Of a DNA stretch of 18,409 bases, positions 1 through 7,422 are shown one piece after another. The DNA comes from Candidatus Thorarchaeota archaeon. Its GTDB lineage: Archaea; Asgardarchaeota; Thorarchaeia; Thorarchaeales; Thorarchaeaceae. The position numbers and the translations under genes are program-made. The stretch spans positions 1 to 18,409 of the forward strand of contig JAEOTX010000012.1 of NCBI GenBank assembly GCA_016839605.1, in the 5' to 3' direction. How positions within the stretch are numbered: the first letter of the stretch is position 1; each line of letters opens with the position of its first letter. Below the pieces are notes generated by a model that was not told where the DNA came from, made no database searches, and was given only the letters and a program-made list of their open reading frames with translations.

Positions 1-2
1 CC

Positions 3-3000
3 ACTCAGGTCCTCAAGGGTGAAAGTGAGTCAACAACGTCATCTGAAGAGGAAACAGAAACCGAATCATCCGGTGCATCTGAAGAGATGACCAATGAGAG
101 CGAAGCATCTGAGGAAGCGAATGCCTCTTCCCCTAGTGAACAACAACAACAAGAGGACCACGAGACCTCGCAGCAATCAGAGGAGTCAGTTGCCCAACGA
201 ATGCCAGAAATACAGCAGGGCTACTCCGCAGAAACAGAGCCTGACCGGGGAACCCATACAGAGGGAAGCGAAGTCACTGAGTCAAGACGACGGAGTGTCG
301 AGCAGTCCACACTTGACGAATTCGAGGATGCAGAAGCCTCAGGTGATGCTTCGGAAGACTTGAGAACTGAGTCAACAGACTCTAGTGAAGAGTCGGAGGA
401 GCGCCGTGTCGAACGTGTCGAAGAAATCGAGCGCAATATTGAGGATACAGAAAACCCCGACGCACAAGAAGCCACTGAACCTACCGCAGATACAGATAAA
501 GCTGAGGGATATGCAGACACAAACAGCGAGGTCTCTCATGATAGTCATGATGAAGCGGGAGAGCTTGCAGATTGTGAAGGTTCTGAGGACACGATGCATT
601 CCGCGGAAGGGGGCGAATCTTATGAAACTGGCGAGGAACAGCAGGAATCCGTGTCTGAAATCGAGGCTACACAAGAGCCTGAACACGAGAGTCATTCCCG
701 AGAAGAGGGAGCGACTGAGGCTCAAGAAGCTGAGGAGGTCGTTGTGGATTCAGAGGAGGACCAAACCGAGTCCCTGGAAGACGAGAGTGAGACTGAGGAG
801 TGGCGGATGCCGTCGATGCTTCCAGAGAACTACTCGTTCGACATATTCCCAGAAACGGAGGAGGAGAACTTCAGACCTGCACTCCTGTCTGAAACTATAC
901 AAGGAATCTGGGAGAGCCTCAGCGATGAGGAACGGGAAGAGATCAGACCTTTCCTACGGAAGGGAATCGAGAGCGAGGAAGACCTCGAGGAGGAGCTTGA
1001 GAGATCGCCAAGTGTGAAGTATTCTTCTGACTTTGAGGAGGACCTGGAGGATGCACGTGCCTACCTCCTACTTTCGGCGGAGGATCGTGCCCTCACGGAA
1101 ACTCCCCGACTCTTGGAGCGGCTGATGAATCTTGAGGCTGAGCGCCGCTGGGCTGAATTGCTCTTGACACAGTCTGTTGAGAGCATCATTGATGACTCCG
1201 CATCAATCGAGTCTGAGGCTGAACCGGTGCCGGGGTCTAGAGGAAAGCCGCGCGAGATTCGGTTGCACGAGCCTTCCATCGCAGGTCATGCTGTCCGGGA
1301 TATCAGGACAGTGAGAAGACTACTCAAGAAGCACTACCCAGGCATGCTTGAGCGTTCTGATATCGACAGTCTGTTGAAGCAAGTCGAGGACCATCTGCGA
1401 CTCATTGCGAGACTCTCTGGAAGAACAACAGTGTCCCATAGAGAGCTAGCTATTATCTCAAAGGAACTCGGAATCAAGAAGGGCAACTCGTATGACTGGG
1501 TGTTGAGAGGTCAGGTGCCCAACTTCTACAAGATTCTGGAACAGGCGCTGTCAAAGGAAGCCGCCGCCGCAGTTTTGGATAAGATTCGAGAGTTACTAGG
1601 GTCCATCACAAGCTGGACCGATGTTGAAGCTCGACTTGAGGAGATGTATCCTTGTGGCGAGTACAAGCAGGGATTCAGGTACGATGTCCGCAAACAGAGG
1701 GTCAAGGACTTCTTCAAGTATATCGCTGAATTAGCAAAGAGTGGAACGACGAAGGGCATCGCCCGGCGGGCTGGAATCAAGATTAGGGTTGCTCGGGCTT
1801 TCTCCGATGGGGAAATCCCCTGGCTGATTCGGCATGTGCTACCTGTGGGCTCAATGAGCGAGCTCATGACCAAGGTACAATTCAAGATACCACAAATCCG
1901 CAGGATTGATTTGCGGTCGTTGCAGGAGTTTCATGATATTGTGGATCAACACTTCCCGTGGCTATTGGAGCGGAAGGACTACAAGAGACTCATAAGGCAA
2001 CTCGAGGCCTTCTTTAGACTTGTAAGACGATATCGTGGTGTGGAGTTCTACGCTCCGAGTGACATCTACAAACTGGAGAAGGAGCTTGGTGTTTCTCGAG
2101 AAACTATCAGGGCTTGGCTTATTGGAGAAGCCCTTCCCATGGTCTTTGATATGTTAGACAAGGGGCTCTCAATTGAGGAGGCTGAGGAGAAGTTCAGGGA
2201 GATCACTTCGAGGCTTAACGGAGTTGAGTCATGGTCTGAATTGAGGCGGCGTACGAAGACGTTCTATCCACAAGAGGACACAGAGCAGTTGCCAACCTAT
2301 CAAAAAGATGTGCTTCATGCAAAGGCTTTCTTCAAGTTGTTGACTGCATTAAGGAAGGGTGGCCTGCATACTGATATTGCAGCGAGGGCAGGTCTTAGCG
2401 TCGCCAAAGTCAAAGGGTTGCTCCATGGAGAGGGATTTCCATGGCTTGTTAGGACGGCAACAATGATTCCTGCTGAAAAGCCGAGAAGGGGATACCGGTG
2501 GTTGCCCCTCATAATGGATACCCAAAAGCGAATGAGGGCTTGGATTCAGGTTCCTAAAATGATTAGAGGACTCAATGAAGTCGTTTCTCTGCAGAAGCAA
2601 CTCATGCCCCTAAAAGGAAAATCGATGAAGAATTGGAAGAAACGGTTTGGCGATTTGGAGTTTGTTGAAGCCTTTATGTATCTTCTAGGAGCTTTTACAT
2701 CTGATGGAACAGTTGGTCGAAAGGAAGGAGTATCTACACGACTAGGCATTTCCTTGAGTAAAAAATACCCATGGAGCGAGGCTTTTGGTGAGCTGTTCTG
2801 CTACTGTCTTGGGATTTTGGGGATAAGAGCAAAGAGAGAAAAAGATACAGTGGATGAAAATGGTAATGAAAAGGCAAATTGGAGTAGTAATCATTCATCA
2901 CTTCCAATTTGGATCATAAGGTCTGCTTTGGGACTTAGGAGAGGGCAGGCAAAAGGCAAACAATCTATCAGTGCAGATTGGATTCTCAAGATGTCAAAAG

Positions 3001-3437
3001 GAAACCGAATCTCTTTCGTGCAGGGTCTCGCTGATGGTGATGGTCATGCCTCAGTGAGAGGTCTATCTGCAGGTATTGCGACAAAAACTAACAAGGAATT
3101 CATTCTCAAGCTCCTTGCCTCTTTAGGGATTGAATCAACTTCATATTCTAATGGAATCGTGTTCAACAAGAAGGATTCCCTGCGAAACGCATCACAACTG
3201 CCCTTCTTTCGTGCTGCTGATGGCCGTCAATTCCGTCTAGAGGAAATCATCCGAATGATTGATTCAATGGATTGGGCATCGGTTTCTGCCGACGAACGTG
3301 TTCTCATTATGAATCTACATTCCGAGGGCTGCACAGCTGGTGAGATTAGCAGCATCTTATGGGAGAAGTTAGGAAGAGCAAGGCGTACTCCCACAATAAA
3401 AAAGGCGATTCGCGACCACATTGGCGATTCAGCATAA
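3..3437 (+). CDS. Large multidomain LAGLIDADG endonuclease-family protein (acidic low-complexity N-terminus, 4 HTH-containing repeats, double LAGLIDADG, C-terminal HTH); 5'-partial
   Basis: The frame of ORF 87..3437 is open back to position 3 (TQVLKGESESTTSSEEETETESSGASEE then M), so the true start probably lies upstream of the window. LAGLIDADG-type helices FMYLLGAFTSDG (2673-2708) and SFVQGLADGDG (3012-3044) are about 112 aa apart, both keeping the acidic residue before the last Gly. C-terminal LIMNLHSEGCTAGEISSILWEKLGRARRTPTIKKAI is HTH-like. Confidence 0.8.
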   Translation, partial: TQVLKGESESTTSSEEETETESSGASEEMTNESEASEEANASSPSEQQQQEDHETSQQSEESVAQRMPEIQQGYSAETEPDRGTHTEGSEVTESRRRSVEQSTLDEFEDAEASGDASEDLRTESTDSSEESEERRVERVEEIERNIEDTENPDAQEATEPTADTDKAEGYADTNSEVSHDSHDEAGELADCEGSEDTMHSAEGGESYETGEEQQESVSEIEATQEPEHESHSREEGATEAQEAEEVVVDSEEDQTESLEDESETEEWRMPSMLPENYSFDIFPETEEENFRPALLSETIQGIWESLSDEEREEIRPFLRKGIESEEDLEEELERSPSVKYSSDFEEDLEDARAYLLLSAEDRALTETPRLLERLMNLEAERRWAELLLTQSVESIIDDSASIESEAEPVPGSRGKPREIRLHEPSIAGHAVRDIRTVRRLLKKHYPGMLERSDIDSLLKQVEDHLRLIARLSGRTTVSHRELAIISKELGIKKGNSYDWVLRGQVPNFYKILEQALSKEAAAAVLDKIRELLGSITSWTDVEARLEEMYPCGEYKQGFRYDVRKQRVKDFFKYIAELAKSGTTKGIARRAGIKIRVARAFSDGEIPWLIRHVLPVGSMSELMTKVQFKIPQIRRIDLRSLQEFHDIVDQHFPWLLERKDYKRLIRQLEAFFRLVRRYRGVEFYAPSDIYKLEKELGVSRETIRAWLIGEALPMVFDMLDKGLSIEEAEEKFREITSRLNGVESWSELRRRTKTFYPQEDTEQLPTYQKDVLHAKAFFKLLTALRKGGLHTDIAARAGLSVAKVKGLLHGEGFPWLVRTATMIPAEKPRRGYRWLPLIMDTQKRMRAWIQVPKMIRGLNEVVSLQKQLMPLKGKSMKNWKKRFGDLEFVEAFMYLLGAFTSDGTVGRKEGVSTRLGISLSKKYPWSEAFGELFCYCLGILGIRAKREKDTVDENGNEKANWSSNHSSLPIWIIRSALGLRRGQAKGKQSISADWILKMSKGNRISFVQGLADGDGHASVRGLSAGIATKTNKEFILKLLASLGIESTSYSNGIVFNKKDSLRNASQLPFFRAADGRQFRLEEIIRMIDSMDWASVSADERVLIMNLHSEGCTAGEISSILWEKLGRARRTPTIKKAIRDHIGDSA
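1293..2460 (+). repeat. Internal protein repeats: four ~103-aa modules arranged as a tandem 206-aa (618-nt) unit, A-B-A'-B'
   Basis: Module starts at 1293 (VRDIRTV), 1605 (ITSWTDV), 1911 (LRSLQEF) and 2223 (VESWSEL). HYP/HFP (1332/1950), MYP/FYP (1644/2262) and KELG/KELG (1461/2079) are each exactly 618 nt apart. IARRAGI..GEIPWL aligns with IAARAGL..GEGFPWL. Confidence 0.85.
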
Positions 3438-3456
3438 GATTCAAAACGTGGCAGTA

Positions 3457-3499
3457 TAGTCATGACGAATTATCTCAGAGGCGGGTAGCGTCATGACTA
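3457..3499 (+). promoter_or_regulatory. 11-bp perfect inverted repeat whose right arm contains the carboxyltransferase start codon
   Basis: TAGTCATGACG (3457-3467) and CGTCATGACTA (3489-3499), 21-nt loop; the ATG at 3493 is inside the right arm. Function is inferred. Confidence 0.45.
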
Positions 3500-5040
3500 A
3501 TGAGAAATTTGAGAAGCTCAAAAAAATGCGTGAGAAAGCCAAACTAGCAGGCGGGGAGGAACGCATAGCGAAACAGCATGAACGTGGAAAGTATACCGCG
3601 AGAGAACGCATTGAAAAACTTCTAGATCCAGGTTCATTTGTTGAGATTGATGAATTTGTGATAAGTCGAATTTCGGATTTTGGGATGGATAAGAAACGAA
3701 TTCTAGGTGATGGAGTAATAACCGGTTATGGTGCTATAAATGGTCGAAAAATCTTCATCTTCAGCCAGGATTTCACCGTATTCGGAGGGTCGCTGTCAGA
3801 GAAGTACGGGGATAAGATCTGCAAGGTCATGGATTTAGCTATGCAGGCTGGAGCTCCTGTAATAGGCTTGAACGATTCAGGCGGAGCTCGTATTCAAGAA
3901 GGAATTCTGGCGCTGGCGTCATACTCCCACATTTTCGAACGCAATACCTGGGCCAGCGGTGTCATTCCCCAACTATCCGCAATTTTAGGTCCTTGTGCCG
4001 GCGGAGCAGTCTACAGTCCAGCTGTGACCGATTTCACTCTGATGGTGAAAGGCACATCACACATGTTCATCACTGGCCCTGAAGTCATTAAGACAGTCAC
4101 AGGGGAGGAAGTCACATTTGAGGAACTCGGAGGTGCAATGACACATGCGTCAATCAGTGGAGTGTCACATTTCGCTAGCGAGGATGAAGACCACTGCTTT
4201 GAACAAATAAGGATGCTGCTTAGTTACATTCCGAGTAACAATCTAGAGGACCCGCCAAGAGTGATGAGCGACTGCTCACCTGATGATGTCGATGAATCAA
4301 TCGATGAGGTAGTCCCTGATGACCCTAACAAGCCCTACGACATGAGGGATGTCGTCACAAAGCTTGCGGACAATGGGGATTTCTTTGAAGTTCATGAGCA
4401 TTGGGCTAAGAACATGATTGTGGGTTTTACCCGCTTCAATGGATACTCAGTCGGTATAGTAGGAAACCAGCCTGCTCATCTAGCTGGAACACTCGATATA
4501 GACGCGTCGGACAAGTGTGCCAGGTTTGTCAGATTCTGTGATGCATTCAACATCCCGATTATTACATTCATGGATGTGCCCGGATTCCTTCCAGGAACGG
4601 CACAGGAATGGGGCGGCATAATTAGGCATGGCGCGAAGATTCTGTATGCCTTTGCAGAAGCGACTGTTCCGAAGATTACAATTATCACAAGGAAAGGCTA
4701 TGGTGGAGCCTATGATGTGATGTCATCAAGGCACATTGATGCAGACCTTGTTTATGCTTGGCCTGGATCAGAGATTGCAGTAATGGGGCCCGATGGCGCT
4801 ATCAACATCATATTTCGAAAAGAGATTGAGAAGGCAAAAGACAAAGAGAAGAAACGTGCTGAGTTAGTGAGGGAATATCGGGAAAAATTCGCCAACCCAT
4901 ACGTTGCTGCAGGGCTTGGCTATATCGATAAGGTAATCTTCCCACATGAAACCCGACAGTTGATCTGCAGTGGACTTGACGTTTTGGCGAGTAAACGAAA
5001 AAGCAGACCCCCCAAGAAGCATGGGAATATACCTCTTTAA
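3493..5040 (+). CDS. pccB: Acyl-CoA carboxylase carboxyltransferase subunit (propionyl-CoA carboxylase beta / methylmalonyl-CoA decarboxylase alpha family), full length
   Basis: 515 aa with [84 protein letters not shown] and C-terminal [10 protein letters not shown]. pccB and mmdA cannot be told apart from sequence alone. Confidence 0.95.
   Translation: MTNEKFEKLKKMREKAKLAGGEERIAKQHERGKYTARERIEKLLDPGSFVEIDEFVISRISDFGMDKKRILGDGVITGYGAINGRKIFIFSQDFTVFGGSLSEKYGDKICKVMDLAMQAGAPVIGLNDSGGARIQEGILALASYSHIFERNTWASGVIPQLSAILGPCAGGAVYSPAVTDFTLMVKGTSHMFITGPEVIKTVTGEEVTFEELGGAMTHASISGVSHFASEDEDHCFEQIRMLLSYIPSNNLEDPPRVMSDCSPDDVDESIDEVVPDDPNKPYDMRDVVTKLADNGDFFEVHEHWAKNMIVGFTRFNGYSVGIVGNQPAHLAGTLDIDASDKCARFVRFCDAFNIPIITFMDVPGFLPGTAQEWGGIIRHGAKILYAFAEATVPKITIITRKGYGGAYDVMSSRHIDADLVYAWPGSEIAVMGPDGAINIIFRKEIEKAKDKEKKRAELVREYREKFANPYVAAGLGYIDKVIFPHETRQLICSGLDVLASKRKSRPPKKHGNIPL
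3922..5040 (+). repeat. First copy of a 1.12-kb imperfect direct repeat (partner 7423-8541; the last 42 bp recur at 9304-9345)
   Basis: Colinear with 7423-8541 at a constant offset of 3501 nt with no indels. The longest exact match I noticed is 20 bp, GCACAGGAATGGGGCGGCAT (4600-4619 and 8101-8120). Confidence 0.95.
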
Positions 5041-5073
5041 TTCGTTTCAGACATCAATTCTGGAGTTGACCAA

Positions 5074-6078
5074 ATGAATCGCGTGGAGAGATTCATAGAA
5101 TCACTCAGTTCAAACGTGAAGTCCTATAGAATTAAGAGGAAGCTCGAAAGAGCATATGACCCTGACATTGATGCCAATCAGTTGGCCAAATACCTCATTA
5201 TGAGAGTGGAGCAATCAACCAAGGAATCACTTGAGGTTTCTAGCACTAGCTTTGAAAGCACTGGGCGTGCTCTTAGATATCTTCGAAACATGGTTCCAGT
5301 TGCTCTATCTTCCCTAACAGAAAATGAAATGGAACAGGCAATTGTTCAATATGGGCAACCATTGATTCGAGTATACGAATCATTGAATCTATTGGATGAT
5401 GCCCTCCTACTTGCGATGGCTGGTCGTTATACATCATCGTTAACAATTCTGCGTTCTGCTCTTGAATCTATGATTGTTGGTGGTTTCTATCATGGGTTAG
5501 CAAACTCGGATCTAAGAAACAAGGCGTCAGAACTACTTGGCCGTAGACGAAGATGGCCATGGTCTATGCTCGAACTTATTGCCAATCTTACAAACTCCTA
5601 CGAAAATGTAAGTGGTATATCTCTGGAATCAATGATTGAGAATGAGCTAGTAAATCAAGATCCGCCACTGACTCCGCCTACTCTTCGATTTATGTTGGAT
5701 GTTGTGATTCATATGTATGAACCTACAATTCTGCCTAATCCCCTCCAACAGATTCATGAAGAGCTTTACGAAAATCTCTCTGTTTATGCCCATGTTATGA
5801 GCGATGGCATGACCATTGTGCAACATGGCTTGGATGAAGAGCCTGAATTTGATAGTGGAAAAGTATCACTTGACTTAATCCACAAATTCCAAGGTTATTT
5901 CATAGGTACCCTTGACATGGTTGGTGCGCTGTACTATACTTTTACTTCTGACCTGCACGCATCTCCCCGAGTTAGGCAATTAATTATCCAGCAGGACTCA
6001 CAAGTGCATATGCATCGCGAGGGGCTGGACCTTACTTTTGATGCTCTCCGATCTGCAATCGGTCTACGACGAGTTTAA
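5074..6078 (+). CDS. Hypothetical all-alpha protein, HEPN-like (DUF5677-type motifs)
   Basis: 334-aa ORF with GGAG RBS at 5062-5065. Motifs GRYTSSLTILRSALE (R127, E131) and LYENLSVYAH (Y232, S236, H240) match the G-x-Y...LR-x-x-LE and Y-x-x-LS-x-x-x-H pattern I associate with DUF5677/HEPN-fold proteins. The ORF is well supported; the family call is moderate. Confidence 0.55.
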   Translation: MNRVERFIESLSSNVKSYRIKRKLERAYDPDIDANQLAKYLIMRVEQSTKESLEVSSTSFESTGRALRYLRNMVPVALSSLTENEMEQAIVQYGQPLIRVYESLNLLDDALLLAMAGRYTSSLTILRSALESMIVGGFYHGLANSDLRNKASELLGRRRRWPWSMLELIANLTNSYENVSGISLESMIENELVNQDPPLTPPTLRFMLDVVIHMYEPTILPNPLQQIHEELYENLSVYAHVMSDGMTIVQHGLDEEPEFDSGKVSLDLIHKFQGYFIGTLDMVGALYYTFTSDLHASPRVRQLIIQQDSQVHMHREGLDLTFDALRSAIGLRRV

Positions 6079-6088
6079 GCAAACTCGT

Positions 6089-7366
6089 TTAATCATTCGA
6101 AACTGGGGGAGGACATCCTCCTTGAAGCTGGATTTTCTCCCAATCTACTTCCCAAAAAGGGGCTCCTCGAACTAGCAGGGCGCTTTTCGTGGCAATGGCT
6201 CTATTTATTGTCTTGATAGTCTGGATATATCGCTCACCTTCCAGCCTTTCCAAGTCATCTGTGAATCCTACTACTATCATATCTAGGTTCTTCTTAATGT
6301 AGTCAAAGTCGAATTCATCAGATTCGAATCTTCTTCCTCTGCAAAGCCCTCTGACTTTAGACGATTTCCCCTTGAAATCGAATCTAAGTCCCATTTTAAA
6401 AACATCCCAGAAACAGCCTCTCCATTTGCGCACATCACAAAAGATTGTGCCTCTAACTGATGACATTTCGACTCGACACAGGTCTTTCTCATACCTTATT
6501 TCTACTGACTCGCTGATAGCCCAATCAACAGGTCGCTTTTCGGGGAATAGGGTTCCCTCAACGAATCTTGGGATATTACTGGAAACATTCCTCGAGGGGC
6601 GCTTTCGAAAACGGTCAGGAAATGGCATTCCCTTCTTCTGAAGTAAATCTGATGAATATGCTCTGGCGAGAATATCTTCTCGATTGGTAAATGCAATTTC
6701 AGAAAGACGTGAAAGCACATCTTCTGTCAATAAATCCTCTGGGAGCAAGTTGAGCGCTTCAATGGTTCCAAACCTAACCGAATTCGATTTATCTCTTAAC
6801 AGATCCAAAATAGGCAACTTGGCTTTGTTAGCAAGCTTTGCAAGAATAATCCCCAATTTGTATGAAGATTTGGTTTTTCGAATAACATCTAGAAGGACTG
6901 GCAAAAACTCAATTCTTGGCTTCTCTTCAAAAGCTTTAATGAAACCATTAACCAGTCTGTTATTCTTTGTTTTCTTAAGCAGTGACTTGATGTTCTTGAA
7001 TGAATCTTCTCCACTAATCATCATCAGTGCTGATAGCATCTCCTTGGTATGAAAGCAGACCTTCTTCTTGCAAGCTTCAAGCTTCGCAGTCAATCGGGGG
7101 ACCACATAGGGACTATTGAGGATACCAAGGGTGCGAATCAATAATGGATTGGGAGACCTATAATGAACAACGTTTCCTCCTTCTCCCAAAGCAATATCAA
7201 CAAGAAAGCCAAGTTTCGTAGGATATTGAGTAGCCCATTGAATTGCTGATTCAATAATCTCCTCCTGTTTGCGAGCTCTCTGTTCTCCAGTTAATGCATA
7301 CAACTCACGTTTCTTTGAGTCAATTCTCAATAATTTAGATTCTGCATCGTCTAATCCAGGGCTCAT
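6089..7366 (-). CDS. HEAT/PBS-like repeat protein with a possible C-terminal PC4/YdbC-like domain
   Basis: Long ORF; the ATG at 7366 (MSPGLDD) is preferred over the TTG at 7393 because a TATA box sits 28-33 nt upstream of it. HEAT-like segments LIRTLGILNSPYVVPRL and KLPILDLLRDKSNSVRFGTIEALNLL. Confidence 0.6.
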   Translation of the reverse strand: MSPGLDDAESKLLRIDSKKRELYALTGEQRARKQEEIIESAIQWATQYPTKLGFLVDIALGEGGNVVHYRSPNPLLIRTLGILNSPYVVPRLTAKLEACKKKVCFHTKEMLSALMMISGEDSFKNIKSLLKKTKNNRLVNGFIKAFEEKPRIEFLPVLLDVIRKTKSSYKLGIILAKLANKAKLPILDLLRDKSNSVRFGTIEALNLLPEDLLTEDVLSRLSEIAFTNREDILARAYSSDLLQKKGMPFPDRFRKRPSRNVSSNIPRFVEGTLFPEKRPVDWAISESVEIRYEKDLCRVEMSSVRGTIFCDVRKWRGCFWDVFKMGLRFDFKGKSSKVRGLCRGRRFESDEFDFDYIKKNLDMIVVGFTDDLERLEGERYIQTIKTINRAIATKSALLVRGAPFWEVDWEKIQLQGGCPPPVSND

Positions 7367-7392
7367 TCTACTAGCCAGAAGCAAAATTCGCA

Positions 7393-7400
7393 ATTTAAAT
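7393..7400 (-). promoter_or_regulatory. Archaeal TATA box (ATTTAAAT) for the HEAT-repeat gene
   Basis: TTTAAA at 7394-7399, 28-33 nt upstream of the ATG at 7366, typical spacing for a leaderless archaeal transcript. The element is palindromic. Confidence 0.5.
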
Positions 7401-7422
7401 CTGAGCTAACGCGAACCGTTGC

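Larger units (their letters stand above)
5041..7422. mobile_element. Putative inserted two-gene cassette bounded by duplicated carboxyltransferase 3' segments
   Basis: Lies exactly between the stop of the intact gene and the start of homology of the truncated copy. AT-richer in spot counts (21/60 GC at 6781-6840 vs 29/60 at 7561-7620). No integrase or transposase is encoded, so mobility is inferred from architecture only. Confidence 0.5.

Noticed and set aside
94-1017. Alternative-frame ORFs 94-363, 385-1017, 221-520 and 372-725
   Set aside because: By-products of the GAG/GAA-rich low-complexity coding sequence.
2673-3437. LAGLIDADG domain as part of an intein or intron
   Set aside because: No Hint-domain motifs (no C-terminal HN followed by C/S/T), no split host protein and no flanking rRNA or tRNA exons.
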